From: a bacterium
GTDB lineage: Bacteria; Patescibacteriota; Microgenomatia; Curtissbacterales; GWA2-41-24
Assembly (NCBI GenBank): GCA_021813945.1
Contig: JAKAJD010000001.1
Location: 73,744 to 137,743 of the forward strand
Reading direction: 5' to 3'
DNA: 64,000 nt
Every line of letters starts with the position of its first letter. Positions within the stretch are counted from its first letter, which is position 1. A program made the position numbers and the translations under genes. Positions 30,017-40,459 of the stretch are shown in pieces. The notes under the pieces are model-generated. The model did no database searches. It saw only the letters and a list, made by a program, of their open reading frames with translations, and was not told the origin of the DNA.

Positions 30017-30740
30017 ATCGTTTTAAAATTATTAAATTCCGCCACAAGTCTATTTGTTCAACAAGTGTCTTAGAAATCCGCCTAAAGTTAAAAAATTGTG
30101 AATGTCCATAAAGCCTAGGATAATGATGCACGCCAACCTCCGAGAATTTAGCACCATGCTTTTGAAGCTTTTTAACCAGTTCGACGCAAATGACTCCACT
30201 ATCGTAATGCAAATTTATCTTATTGAGAGCTTTTCTTCTAATTAGCCTAAAATCGCAGTCTATGTCTCTCACTTTTATGTTAAAAACCAGTCTGGAAAAA
30301 TGATGATAAAGTGTACCTATTACCATTCGGTAAAAAGCGTCATGCCTCTTCAATTTATAGCCTTGAACCACATCAATATTTGAAGTCATTCTTGGAAGCA
30401 ACTTTAAAATTTCTTTTACGTCGTATTGACCGTCACCATCTGTATAGAATACCAACTCTTTAGTTGCATATTTAAAACCTGATTTTAGCGCACCTCCGTA
30501 ACCTCGATTTTTTTTATGAAAGATTAACTTAAGGTTAAAATTTTTTTCTGCCAAATCTCTTAAAATTTTACGACTGTTATCTGTCGAACCGTCATCTACA
30601 ACAATCACTTCCCAATCCCGCGCAACCTTTTTTAAAACCTCACTCGCTTCTACGACGAGCTTACTAATTGAGCTCTCGTCGTTGTAGCAGGGAAAAAATA
30701 CTGAAATCGAAGGTTTCAATTTCAATTCGCTCTCAGCCAT
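30009..30740 (-). CDS. GT2 polyprenol-phosphate glycosyltransferase (ArnC/DPM-like)
   Basis: FFPCYND, DDGSTD, NRGYG, TDGDGQY, DIDCDFR. Confidence 0.88.
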   Translation of the reverse strand: MAESELKLKPSISVFFPCYNDESSISKLVVEASEVLKKVARDWEVIVVDDGSTDNSRKILRDLAEKNFNLKLIFHKKNRGYGGALKSGFKYATKELVFYTDGDGQYDVKEILKLLPRMTSNIDVVQGYKLKRHDAFYRMVIGTLYHHFSRLVFNIKVRDIDCDFRLIRRKALNKINLHYDSGVICVELVKKLQKHGAKFSEVGVHHYPRLYGHSQFFNFRRISKTLVEQIDLWRNLIILKRYD

Positions 30741-31675
30741 AAAATATACCTTTTTAAACCTTCCTTGAGGTCCGTTTCCGGCTTCCACCCTAGTAATCTG
30801 TTTGCTTTTTTAATGTCTGCCCATGTGTTTTCCATATCACCCGCACATTTACTGAGCTTTATTATTTTAGTTTTTTTGCCAGTTACATACTCAATCATTT
30901 TTATGAAATCTGAAATAACAATTGGATGATTATTTCCAAGATTTATCACCTCAAAACCGGATTCTTTTTCTAGCGATAAAACAATACCATTTGTAATATC
31001 ATCAACAAATGTGTAATCTCGACTTGATAATCCATCGCCATACTGTTGTATTGTCTCACCATTAAAGATTTTTTTTGTAAAAATAGCCGGGGCCATGTCT
31101 GGCCGGCTTCTTGGGCCATAAACCGTAAAAAAACGGAGGATTGTGCAGTTAAGGTCGAACGACTTGTGAAACGATTCGACAAAAAATTCAGCAGAGCGCT
31201 TTGATGCTCCATAAGGTGAAATTATTTGATCACAAGGATCACTTTCCGAAAAAGGCAATTGTTTAGAATTGCCATAAACGGAAGAGGAAGAGCCGAAAAT
31301 AAACCTTTTGACTTTATAATCAACGCTGAGCTTTAAAAGATTTACTGTTCCTAAAACATTTACCTTCGCGTATAATTTCGGTTTGTTAATAGACGGTCTA
31401 ACGCCGGCTCTAGCCGCCAAATGGACAATAACATCGATTTTCTCATTTCTAAAAATCCTCTCGAGTTTGTTGAGATTTAATATATCCTCGCGGTACAGCT
31501 TAAAATTGTGTTTTTTTAAAACACTAATAATATTTTCCTCTTTGATTTTAGGGTCGTAATAATCATTGAAATTATCAACACCAATCACGTCATATTTTCG
31601 CAAGAGCAACTTTTCGACCAAGTTAGAACCAATAAACCCGGCAGCGCCTGTAACCAGAATTTTTGATTTAGACAT
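30722..31675 (-). CDS. UDP-glucuronate 4-epimerase-like SDR
   Basis: DNFNDYYD, HLAARAGVRPS, SSSSVYG, YGASK, LRFFTVYGP..RPDMA. Confidence 0.85.
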   Translation of the reverse strand: MSKSKILVTGAAGFIGSNLVEKLLLRKYDVIGVDNFNDYYDPKIKEENIISVLKKHNFKLYREDILNLNKLERIFRNEKIDVIVHLAARAGVRPSINKPKLYAKVNVLGTVNLLKLSVDYKVKRFIFGSSSSVYGNSKQLPFSESDPCDQIISPYGASKRSAEFFVESFHKSFDLNCTILRFFTVYGPRSRPDMAPAIFTKKIFNGETIQQYGDGLSSRDYTFVDDITNGIVLSLEKESGFEVINLGNNHPIVISDFIKMIEYVTGKKTKIIKLSKCAGDMENTWADIKKANRLLGWKPETDLKEGLKRYILWLRAN

Positions 31676-33011
31676 GGATTAATTTTTTGCTACCACTAGC
31701 GGCTATTGCCAAAAGCAATATTTGTGATGCAGTGAAATAGTAATTAGAGTTTCCAATTGGTCCTAAAAAAATTGTGGTTATAAACACAAGACCAATTATT
31801 GTTAACATTTTAGCCAAATTTACTGTCGAAGGAATCAGTAGCCAAAAAACTATAACTGAAATTACAGCTAACAAAGGAAAAACAAACTGGGGTGGGTAAT
31901 AATGAAATTGCCGATCAATAAATGTTGAAAACGTAAGCGAAAATCTCTGGATTTGCGCAAAAGACGCTCCGCCAATGTTGATAGTTACGATGCTTTTATA
32001 AAAAGCTTTCCAGTCGAGTAGGGCAAAAGGCAAATGGAGTGCAAAAAAAGCAAGAATTCCTGCCAACACAATTTTTTTATTGGCAAAATTCTCATTCTTT
32101 AAAAGAAAAAGCAGCGGCAAAGCGTAAAATATCTTAACAGATACTGTTAGGGCTAAGAAAATACCGGACAAAACATATCTGCGGTTTAGAAAAAAAAGAA
32201 TACCCAAAAAAAACAATGAAGTTATTAATACATCGGTAGCAGAAAAAGTTAAAAAAGAAAATTGCCTGGGATTAAAAAGGTAAATTAGCGAAATTATTTG
32301 AGAAATCTCTTGGTCCGACCAAAATCTCATTGAAATTTTATAGAGGGAAATTGCAGCTAGAAAATTGGCAACAATGAGTAGATAGCGTGGCTCGTGAAAT
32401 ATTAAGTCAAATGGCAAAAATAATAAAATTGTTGCTGGTCCGTAAGCAAAATGGCTATATCCAAAATTTTTTACCTCGAACTGAGAATTAGTAGCTGCCG
32501 TTTCATAAGGATTTTGAAGGGACACAAGTCGTAAAGGTCCATATCTTAACACTTGGTAAACGTCAATGTTTGGAACTTTAACTATCCTGATTAGACTAAG
32601 TTGAATAATAAACGAGATCAATAATATCAACAAAAATTTATTTTTCAGAATTTTATATAAGATCGTTTTGTCAGATTTTTTTATGAAATAAAGAAGAATT
32701 AAAATAGGCGCAAGAAACATCGCAAATCGATTAACCCACATTGCCAAACTTAAAAATCCGTTTACATCTTCGACATTTAAAGTGAAGGCAAAAATCGAAA
32801 ACATAAACAAAATGATTATTAAAATAGACTTAAAATCTGCAGTTAATGTTATCCCTATGCTTTTTTTCATAAAGACAATAACTAAAAGCAAAAAGACTGT
32901 AGCAAGCAACAGATAAAAACCGCTTGTTGAAAACCATAGGTTAACACTGTAAATGAATGTTGAGAAGAGAAAAGCTGCAATAAGAAATGTCAGATTAAGT
33001 CTACTTGTCAT
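31668..33011 (-). CDS. GT-C membrane glycosyltransferase (GT87-like)
   Basis: IDV..V, NPY, FAYGP, EPRY, many TM segments. Confidence 0.65.
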   Translation of the reverse strand: MTSRLNLTFLIAAFLFSTFIYSVNLWFSTSGFYLLLATVFLLLVIVFMKKSIGITLTADFKSILIIILFMFSIFAFTLNVEDVNGFLSLAMWVNRFAMFLAPILILLYFIKKSDKTILYKILKNKFLLILLISFIIQLSLIRIVKVPNIDVYQVLRYGPLRLVSLQNPYETAATNSQFEVKNFGYSHFAYGPATILLFLPFDLIFHEPRYLLIVANFLAAISLYKISMRFWSDQEISQIISLIYLFNPRQFSFLTFSATDVLITSLFFLGILFFLNRRYVLSGIFLALTVSVKIFYALPLLFLLKNENFANKKIVLAGILAFFALHLPFALLDWKAFYKSIVTINIGGASFAQIQRFSLTFSTFIDRQFHYYPPQFVFPLLAVISVIVFWLLIPSTVNLAKMLTIIGLVFITTIFLGPIGNSNYYFTASQILLLAIAASGSKKLIHV

Positions 33012-33649
33012 CTCTTTTGAGCTTTGATTAAAACTTCCATACCTAGATTTGTGTATTTAATACTTAAGATTCTAAAACCTGAAGCCTTAATTTTTTTGGT
33101 TAAATCTTTAGGCTTTAAACAATTTATGTGGCTATGGTTCCATACAGAACCTTTCCATTTTGTCCAGAACCACCAAACTGTTCTAAAAAGCATGCTATCT
33201 GTATCTTGAATAACAATTAAATTACCCTTTCTTTTTAAGACCCTGTTTATCTCTGAAAGAGCTTGATCTGGGTCGTGCAAATGCTCTAGAGTTTCTACTG
33301 CTAGTACTATATCGAAAGAACTTTTCCTAAATGGCAACTTATGAGCATCTCCATGCAGGAAGGTGATATTCTGTTTAGTTTTTATTGCATATTTTATGGC
33401 GTTTGCGTATTTATCGATGCCGGTTATAGCAATTTTCGGGAATAGTTTTTTGATTGCTGCAGCCGTTGTGCCATCAGCGCAACCAATATCAAGAAGCTTA
33501 GTGTGACGATTCTCCAGCAGTTTTGCTAGATTGCTCCATTTATGTTGATGCCAATATTTTTGAAATAAATTGCTTTTCGTCCCACTTTCATAATAATCAG
33601 GTGGAACCTGTTTTAATATTTCTTCAAATTGTGCTGAATCCGGGCTCAT
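33008..33649 (-). CDS. Class I SAM-dependent methyltransferase
   Basis: LLDIGCADG, GDAHKLPF, ETLEH. Confidence 0.88.
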   Translation of the reverse strand: MSPDSAQFEEILKQVPPDYYESGTKSNLFQKYWHQHKWSNLAKLLENRHTKLLDIGCADGTTAAAIKKLFPKIAITGIDKYANAIKYAIKTKQNITFLHGDAHKLPFRKSSFDIVLAVETLEHLHDPDQALSEINRVLKRKGNLIVIQDTDSMLFRTVWWFWTKWKGSVWNHSHINCLKPKDLTKKIKASGFRILSIKYTNLGMEVLIKAQKR

Positions 33650-34605
33650 AAAACCTTTTTAAAATAATTTATCGTCTCCAAGAGGCCTGTCTCAAGGTTA
33701 ACTTTAGGTTGCCAGCCCAAAAGTACCCTTGCTTTTTGAATGTCAGGCTTTCTTTGCTTAGGATCGTCTTGGGGAAGATCGTTATAAGAAATTTCGCTTT
33801 CAGAATTAGTCAGTCTTTTGATTGTTTTTGCAAACTCCAGAATCGTTTTTTCGTCAGGGTTACCAATATTTATTACCTCTCCCTTGGCGCTCTCTGTTTC
33901 CATTGCATTTATTAAGCCTTCGACCTGATCTGAAACGTAGCAAAATGATCGAGTCTGGCTTCCTGAACCATATATGGTCAAAGGCTTGTTTTCCAGAGCT
34001 TCTTTTATAAAATTCACGACAGCCCTGCCCTCATTCACATTCATTCTTGGTCCATAAGTATTAAAAATTCTAACAATTCTTCCATCCATCGCTTTTTCTC
34101 TGACAAACGCGGCCACAATAGTTTCTCCAAATCTCTTAGATTCATCGTAAACTGAGCGTGGTCCGGTTGTAGAAACATTACCCCTGTAATTTTCATCCTG
34201 CGGAGATTTTTCCGGATCGCCATAAATTTCTGAAGTTGAGGCAAATAAAAGCCTTGCACCAGTTTTAAGCGCTAAATCGCACATATTCCAAGTCCCTATA
34301 CTATTTACTTTCATTGTCTCAAACGGATGTGCAATATACGAAACTCTAGAATGCGCATTTGGGTCTGCGGGGGATGCCAAATGGTAGATTTCATCAATTT
34401 TACTAAATTTCCGATTTAAAAAAGGCTGACTGACATCAAAGTTAATAAAATTAAAATTTTTCTTTGAGAGTAAATGAGCAACATTTTTTTCTGTTCCTGA
34501 GATTAAATTATCCAAACAGATTACTGTGTCACCGCGCTCGGTTGCAAAGTCACACAAATGGCTGCCTATAAATCCAGCTCCCCCGGAAATCAGTATTGTT
34601 TTCAT
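33646..34605 (-). CDS. uxs: UDP-glucuronate decarboxylase (UDP-xylose synthase-like)
   Basis: HLASPA, ASTSEIYGDP, YRGNV..GPRSVYDESKR, RIFNTYGP, DDP.QRKPDI. Confidence 0.9.
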   Translation of the reverse strand: MKTILISGGAGFIGSHLCDFATERGDTVICLDNLISGTEKNVAHLLSKKNFNFINFDVSQPFLNRKFSKIDEIYHLASPADPNAHSRVSYIAHPFETMKVNSIGTWNMCDLALKTGARLLFASTSEIYGDPEKSPQDENYRGNVSTTGPRSVYDESKRFGETIVAAFVREKAMDGRIVRIFNTYGPRMNVNEGRAVVNFIKEALENKPLTIYGSGSQTRSFCYVSDQVEGLINAMETESAKGEVINIGNPDEKTILEFAKTIKRLTNSESEISYNDLPQDDPKQRKPDIQKARVLLGWQPKVNLETGLLETINYFKKVL

Positions 34606-35735
34606 AATATTTTTCCTAAAACTGCTGCGATGAAATCCATTTCAGATCGCTTTAACCTTGGATGCATTGGTAAACGGATTAAAGTAGAAGCAACCTCTTC
34701 AGTCACAGGTAGCCAGCCGGCTTTATACCCTAACTTTTTTCCCATTACAGACATATGTAGAGGCAAATAATGAAAAGAAGCTTCGACACCATACATTCTT
34801 AATTCAGAAATAACCTTGTCGCGAGAAATTCGAGGAACTCTTATAGCAAAAATATGCCAGTTGGGAGAAGTTCCGTTTGAAACTTGCGGCAAGACTAATT
34901 TTGATGATAGCTTGTTTAATTTTTTGAGTAAATACTCTGCATTCTTTTTTCTAAGATCTGTTATTTTTTCGAGTTTTTTAACTTGTTCTAGCGCAATCGC
35001 GGAAAGAATATCGGAAAGTATTAAACTACGGCCAACATTTACCCAAGAATATTTTCTTCTTTCACCTCTCATAAAAGATGAACGATTCGTACCTTTTTCT
35101 CTGATTATTTCTGCGATTTTAAAAATACTTTTGTCATTAGTTACAAAAGCTCCACCCTCACCGCTAGCAGCGTTCTTAGTTCCATGGAAGGAAAAACAGC
35201 CAATATTCCCCAAAGTACCTAAATTTTTTCCCATAAATTTTGCTCCAAGAGCATGTGCGGCATCTTCAATCACAATTAGATTATTTTTTTGGGCAATTTT
35301 GTCTATACTTTCCATATCACAAGCCATTCCGGCATAATGAACCACCATAATAGCCTTTGTTTTTTTTGTAATTTTCTTTTCTATTTCCAAAGGGTCAATG
35401 TTATAGGTGTTGATATCAATGTCAGCAAAAACCGGCTTCGCACCCGCTAGGATTACTGCGTTTGCACAGGATGAAAAAGTAAAACTTGGCATTATCACTT
35501 CTGCACCTTTTTTAATTGCACATGCACTTGCAAGCTCCAATGCGGCTGTTCCAGAACCGGTCGGTAAGACATATTTTATCCCCAAATCTTTCTCCAGTAA
35601 TTTTGCTAGCTTCTCACTGTAGGATAGATCACCTACCCCCGTACCAGATCTGATAGCATCAATTGCAGCCTTTTCTTCTTCTCGCCCCCAGAAAGTTTTA
35701 TGCAAAGGAATAGTAAATGAATTATTTTTTGACAT
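34602..35735 (-). CDS. wecE: WecE/RffA-like 4-aminotransferase
   Basis: MPSFTF, FSFHGTKN..SGEGG, REKGTNRS.F.RG..KY.W, FHYLPLH. Confidence 0.75.
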   Translation of the reverse strand: MSKNNSFTIPLHKTFWGREEEKAAIDAIRSGTGVGDLSYSEKLAKLLEKDLGIKYVLPTGSGTAALELASACAIKKGAEVIMPSFTFSSCANAVILAGAKPVFADIDINTYNIDPLEIEKKITKKTKAIMVVHYAGMACDMESIDKIAQKNNLIVIEDAAHALGAKFMGKNLGTLGNIGCFSFHGTKNAASGEGGAFVTNDKSIFKIAEIIREKGTNRSSFMRGERRKYSWVNVGRSLILSDILSAIALEQVKKLEKITDLRKKNAEYLLKKLNKLSSKLVLPQVSNGTSPNWHIFAIRVPRISRDKVISELRMYGVEASFHYLPLHMSVMGKKLGYKAGWLPVTEEVASTLIRLPMHPRLKRSEMDFIAAVLGKIL

Positions 35736-36441
35736 TGGCTATTTGTTTTTTAAATTCTAATATGCTCCTAATATATCTAATCGTATCCGGCATAATCTTA
35801 ACGGTCGATTTCTTTTCATGCCTCCGAACAAACAAAACTGGAATCTGTGTAATTTTAAGACCCGCTAAATTTGCCCTCGCACAAATTTCAGTGTCCCAAA
35901 ACCAGTGCTTGTCCTTAACTTTTTTGAGAACTGGTAAAATAGTTTTTTTCCTGAAAAACTTATAGCCAGCTTCCGTATCGTCAACTGGAATGTTTAAAAG
36001 CACCTTGATGAGAGCCGCATAAGTATGTGATGCAACAACCCGTGTTAAAGATTTAAAACCTCTCTCGTAATACCTTTTTCCAACCACCATATCGCAGCCA
36101 TTCTCCACCTCTTTGATAAAAAGCGGAATATAACTTGGAGATACCTCACAATCGACGTCTATAAAACCACAAATTGAACCCCGTGACACTTGAATACCGT
36201 CAGTTACTGATTTCCCTCGTCCAAGATTTTTTTTATGAAAAATTACTCGAGAATTTGGAATTTTTTTTAAATTTCTCGCTAACACTTCTCTTGTCTTATC
36301 AGTACTCTTATCTTCTACAAATACAATTTCCCAGTTGCCAGAAAATTGCCTAACTTCGAAAAGAATTTTATTTAAGCTCTCTTCGAAAGTAGAGCCTTCA
36401 TTGTAACAAGCAAGTATTAGTGAATAATCAATTTTTTGCAT
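35722..36441 (-). CDS. GT2 dolichyl/polyprenyl-phosphate glycosyltransferase (Alg5-like)
   Basis: ACYNE, DVD, DTEAGYKFF, WFWDTE. Confidence 0.88.
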   Translation of the reverse strand: MQKIDYSLILACYNEGSTFEESLNKILFEVRQFSGNWEIVFVEDKSTDKTREVLARNLKKIPNSRVIFHKKNLGRGKSVTDGIQVSRGSICGFIDVDCEVSPSYIPLFIKEVENGCDMVVGKRYYERGFKSLTRVVASHTYAALIKVLLNIPVDDTEAGYKFFRKKTILPVLKKVKDKHWFWDTEICARANLAGLKITQIPVLFVRRHEKKSTVKIMPDTIRYIRSILEFKKQIANVKK

Positions 36442-36450
36442 CGGCTCATT

Positions 36451-37722
36451 TTAAGGCAAATTGTTACAGTTCTCAAATACTGAAAAACAAGTTTTGTAAT
36501 TTTTATCCTTAAACCAAAAACCAATTGCATCACCTTGTCCTAGAGCAATATATGCATCGTAAGAACTCGAAACAGAGTTGTCTGCAAATATAAGGGTAGA
36601 TCCAGACGGCAAATTAGATCTATCTATTTGAGAAATATAATAATATGCCAGATTTGCCCGTTGTGTTACCCAATTATCCTGTTCTATAAGCTGAACACTA
36701 AAAAAAGCAATAAATATAAAAGCCAGTATCATCACAACTGCATATCTTAATTTAACCTTGCTCAAAGTCATTCCGATAAACGAGCCAACTGAAAATATTG
36801 GAATATTAATGTAGTTTGCAGCGAGGTGGGTGGGGATCAATACGAATGGGAACAAGCCTACAATAAATACTGCAAAGAAAAATTTTAGAAGCGTCAAATC
36901 CGTATACTTCTTGAGATTATTTAAGAAAAAAATTGCAATCGCAAAGACCCAAAACAGTAAAATTACTGTAACAAGCTGATCTTTTGAAACTCCAGGGAAG
37001 CCGAATGATCTTAAAATATAATATTTCAAAGCTCCCAAAACAGCAGGTGAGACCATTATTTTATATGAGTCAAAAGTACTTTTTGGGGTAAGGAATATTT
37101 TTGCAATTAGAAAGAAAAAAGAAATTAAAAATAATCCGATATTAGTTTTTAAAATCTTACCCTCTCTTCTTAAAAAATCGAAGACAAGTATAATCACCAA
37201 ACCAACAATCATTGCCTCAGAAGCTAAAATGGAAAGCGTAAAGAAGCACAAAGTCAATCTCTCTTGTTTTTTAAGATGGTAGAAAAAAGAAATAATAAAG
37301 AAGCAAAAGCCAATCGCTGTTGCTCCTCCTGAAATCCAGTAGTAAGTATTAAACTGCGAAGGGTTTACCGCGTAAATTAAAGCCGCAATAAAGGCCCCTA
37401 TCTTAGAAAACCCAAGCGCTTTTAAAGTTTTAAAAATAAAGAAACTGGCGGTCATCTGAATAACAAGCGTTAAGAAGTGATACCAAAAATAGTCCTTCCC
37501 AAAAAGATCCCCGCTTATAAGAAAGTAAAGATTATGAAAGGGCCTCCAGTGTGTAACTTGCGGCGGACCGAAAGCTCTCAGAATATCAAGTATTAGGCCG
37601 TGGCCAGAAAATTGCGAAATTAAAATAAAATCATCCTGAGCAAAAAAAGTGAAAAATCCTGCCCCGAAAACAAAAATAGCGCCTAAAAAAAGAGCTATTA
37701 AAACTAGAGTGTTTATTTTCAC
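36451..37722 (-). CDS. Multi-pass membrane protein, putative GT-C
   Basis: QDDF, WRP first-loop motifs, SE, about 11 TM segments. Confidence 0.68.
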   Translation of the reverse strand: MKINTLVLIALFLGAIFVFGAGFFTFFAQDDFILISQFSGHGLILDILRAFGPPQVTHWRPFHNLYFLISGDLFGKDYFWYHFLTLVIQMTASFFIFKTLKALGFSKIGAFIAALIYAVNPSQFNTYYWISGGATAIGFCFFIISFFYHLKKQERLTLCFFTLSILASEAMIVGLVIILVFDFLRREGKILKTNIGLFLISFFFLIAKIFLTPKSTFDSYKIMVSPAVLGALKYYILRSFGFPGVSKDQLVTVILLFWVFAIAIFFLNNLKKYTDLTLLKFFFAVFIVGLFPFVLIPTHLAANYINIPIFSVGSFIGMTLSKVKLRYAVVMILAFIFIAFFSVQLIEQDNWVTQRANLAYYYISQIDRSNLPSGSTLIFADNSVSSSYDAYIALGQGDAIGFWFKDKNYKTCFSVFENCNNLP

Positions 37723-37728
37723 CAGTTT

Positions 37729-37767
37729 ATTCTATCATTGCAAACACAAATCGGCTCCTGATAATAT
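37729..37767. promoter_or_regulatory. Back-to-back divergent promoters, both leaderless type
   Basis: Minus: TGaTAGAAT 6 nt before GTG 37722. Plus: TTGCAA-18nt-TAATAT (TGn) 7 nt before GTG 37775. Confidence 0.55.
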
Positions 37768-37774
37768 AAAACCC

Positions 37775-39343
37775 GTGTCAGGGCTTACAAAACTTTTGAT
37801 AGCGGCCGCTTTTTTAAACGGCTTATCCTGGATTGTTCTCATACCAATCTGGCAATATCCAGACGAACAATCCCATTTCGCACAAGTTCAAGATATTGCA
37901 GAATTGAAAAACAACCCCAAAACAGGGTTTAACACTTCTTTGGAAATTGCCACTGCCGAAAGATTATTAGGCACAGAACGTGACGGCTTAGGAAATAACC
38001 AGTTTACCTATCAGCCCTATTACCACATCGATTATTCAAACACAAAAGATGGTTTATATGAAAATTTTATTAGCAATCTTCCCAAAGATAGTAGAACATC
38101 CATGGTCAAATGGGAAGCAACCCAAAACCCTCCCCTTTATCATATAATGGCCTCAAATTTCTACAGGCTCACAACAAGAAATAATCTTTTCACAAGGGTC
38201 TATGCTATTAGAATTTTCTCTCTTTTAATTTACCTAGCCTTAATATTAATCTTGACCAATGCTTCTAAATTAATATTTGCTAAAGAAAAAGAGGCTCAAA
38301 CAATTTTGCCAGGGATAATTGCTTTTACGCCAATGCTAGTTTTTTCAACCACGGGCGTCTTGCCTGACCCGCTTACTATCTTTCTTTTTACGGCTATTTT
38401 TACCGTTTGTTTGCACCTTATAAGAACTAAAATATCTCTTTCTCACATAATATTACTTGCAGTTCTCAATACCCTTGGAATTTTCACAAGACAACAGTTT
38501 GAAATAGCAATGCCCATCTCACTGCTTGCTGTAATTTATGGTTTGTATCAGCTAACACCAAAAAGTAAAAAATTAGCCTTTTGGGCTGGCCTTTTTCTTC
38601 TTGCGGCAATTTCCGTTGTTTCAATTAAAATCCATCCAGGTATTTTAACGTTTCCTGAAATAGGAATACCGAATCTAGCCCTCATTTTTACAAGTCAATT
38701 CGTTAGCTACTTGGTATCAAGCCTCAAACATTATTACAGTCAAACATTACCTTGGTACTGGGGCGTTTATAAATGGCTTTCATTTACTATGCCCCATATC
38801 TATTACCAGGTTATAAATCGAATTATTGTGCTAGCTTTGTTTGGTTTACTCATTTTTGCAGTTAAAATTATAAAAAATCGCAAACTTACAAAAACCGCTC
38901 TGCTTCTGATTTTTTTGATTATCTCCTGCTTCCTGTATTTTGCGATATTCCTCTTGTGGGACTTTTATTTTCAAAAACAATACGGGTATTCTTTTGGAGT
39001 TCAAGGTCGATATTTCTTGCCTTTTGTGCTGCCCTTGTCTGCTATTTTATTTTTTGGCCTTAGAGAATTATTTAAGATTTTTCTTAAAAATAATTTGCCA
39101 TATTTTTATTTTACGATTGCCTTTATAATGATCATTTTCAACGATGCTTCCTTAGCATATGTTTCTTCAACTTATTATTTTACTTCGAATATTCATGTTT
39201 TCATTAATCAAGCCAGTCAATACAAACCTGAAATATTTAAGGGCAACACCATAATTATTCTTATTTGTCTTGCCCTGTTGCTTCAAGTCTTATATTTATA
39301 TAAACTTCTAAGATATTCATTTAGCGCAAATGAAAGCAATTGA
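37775..39343 (+). CDS. GT-C-type membrane protein (DUF2142-like)
   Basis: PIWQYPDEQSHF, NPPLY, QGRYFLP; GTG 37775 preferred because the ORF-track start overlaps the divergent gene. Confidence 0.72.
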   Translation: MSGLTKLLIAAAFLNGLSWIVLIPIWQYPDEQSHFAQVQDIAELKNNPKTGFNTSLEIATAERLLGTERDGLGNNQFTYQPYYHIDYSNTKDGLYENFISNLPKDSRTSMVKWEATQNPPLYHIMASNFYRLTTRNNLFTRVYAIRIFSLLIYLALILILTNASKLIFAKEKEAQTILPGIIAFTPMLVFSTTGVLPDPLTIFLFTAIFTVCLHLIRTKISLSHIILLAVLNTLGIFTRQQFEIAMPISLLAVIYGLYQLTPKSKKLAFWAGLFLLAAISVVSIKIHPGILTFPEIGIPNLALIFTSQFVSYLVSSLKHYYSQTLPWYWGVYKWLSFTMPHIYYQVINRIIVLALFGLLIFAVKIIKNRKLTKTALLLIFLIISCFLYFAIFLLWDFYFQKQYGYSFGVQGRYFLPFVLPLSAILFFGLRELFKIFLKNNLPYFYFTIAFIMIIFNDASLAYVSSTYYFTSNIHVFINQASQYKPEIFKGNTIIILICLALLLQVLYLYKLLRYSFSANESN

Positions 39344-39884
39344 CGAAACCGGAGCCAAAAAGACAATAAGATTTGTACTCTATGTGTTTTACGAGGTGTT
39401 AATACACAGAATAATTAGCCACCTTTTGTATTTTCCTCAAGTAAGAAAATTTTCTCTTCAAATATTAGGATCCAAAATCGGCAATGATTCAATAATTATG
39501 GACGTCAAATTTTTTAATTGGCACCATACTGGGCCAAAGGGTCTAAAAATTGGCGATAGGTGCTTCATTGGAGATGAGGCGATGTTAGATCTTTATGATA
39601 ATGTGACACTTGAAAACGATGTTACATTAGCTCAGCGAGTCTTAGTATTAACGCATATGAATGTGGGATACAAAAATCATCCATTGCAAAAATACTTCCC
39701 CAAAGTTTCAAAGCCCGTTGTTCTTAAAGAAGGCTGCTTTATAGGAGCATCAGTAACGATATTGCCGGGTGTTACAGTAGGTGAGCGTTCTTTTGTTGCG
39801 GCCGGGTCTATAGTTACATCTAATATTCCCAAAGAAAGCGTTTTTGCAGGTGTGCCTGCTAAGCTGATTCGAAAGATTAAATAA
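39330..39884 (+). CDS. LbH (hexapeptide) acyltransferase
   Basis: IGDRCFIG, ILPGVTVG, AAGSIVT, GVPAK. Confidence 0.9.
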   Translation: MKAIDETGAKKTIRFVLYVFYEVLIHRIISHLLYFPQVRKFSLQILGSKIGNDSIIMDVKFFNWHHTGPKGLKIGDRCFIGDEAMLDLYDNVTLENDVTLAQRVLVLTHMNVGYKNHPLQKYFPKVSKPVVLKEGCFIGASVTILPGVTVGERSFVAAGSIVTSNIPKESVFAGVPAKLIRKIK

Positions 39885-40459
39885 TGGCTTCTGACAATTC
39901 ATACTTGTACCATAGGTTAAGATCTTTAATACTGCCTCTTTATCAAATAGATCAAGAGTTGCCTAAAAAAGGCAAAATAACCGAATTAGGCTGTGGCCAG
40001 GGTATCATTTCAAAATACCTCTCAAAGGAAAAAAAAAGAGAAATTACAGGAATCGATATGGATAAAAAAAGAATTCCTAAATTCAGCAATTCAAATCTTA
40101 AATTTAAAGTTGCAGACATCACAAAAATCAAATATCCGAAACAAGACGCATTTGTTATTTCTGATGTTCTCCACCATCTTAGCCATAAAGATCAAAAAAA
40201 TTTATTATCAAATATCTTTAAATCTACCAACAAAAACGGTTTTCTGGTTATCAAAGAAATAGACGCAGAAGATTTTCTTAGAAGTAAACTCTCAAGATTT
40301 TGGGATTTCATTTTTTATCCAAAGGACAGAATCAGTTATCAAAAATCCAGTGAACTTAAAAAATATCTTAGAAAACTTGGCTTCGATGTAAATGTAAAAA
40401 AAGCGTGCCAATTATTTCCGGGTTCGACAATACTTTTTGTTTGCAAGAAGAATGGCTAA
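39884..40459 (+). CDS. Class I SAM-dependent methyltransferase
   Basis: ELGCGQG, GID, DVLHH. Confidence 0.85.
   Translation: MASDNSYLYHRLRSLILPLYQIDQELPKKGKITELGCGQGIISKYLSKEKKREITGIDMDKKRIPKFSNSNLKFKVADITKIKYPKQDAFVISDVLHHLSHKDQKNLLSNIFKSTNKNGFLVIKEIDAEDFLRSKLSRFWDFIFYPKDRISYQKSSELKKYLRKLGFDVNVKKACQLFPGSTILFVCKKNG

Noticed and set aside
34816-35337. 173-aa plus-strand ORF and the many other 60-150 aa ORFs in the track (e.g. 22930, 43161, 54605, 60522)
   Set aside because: They lie antisense to or out of frame within well-supported genes and show no recognisable motifs, so they are treated as shadow ORFs.
4312-40037. A8-A9/T8 homopolymers as phase-variation sites
   Set aside because: These are frequent and expected in Lys/Phe-rich, AT-rich coding DNA, and all host ORFs are intact.
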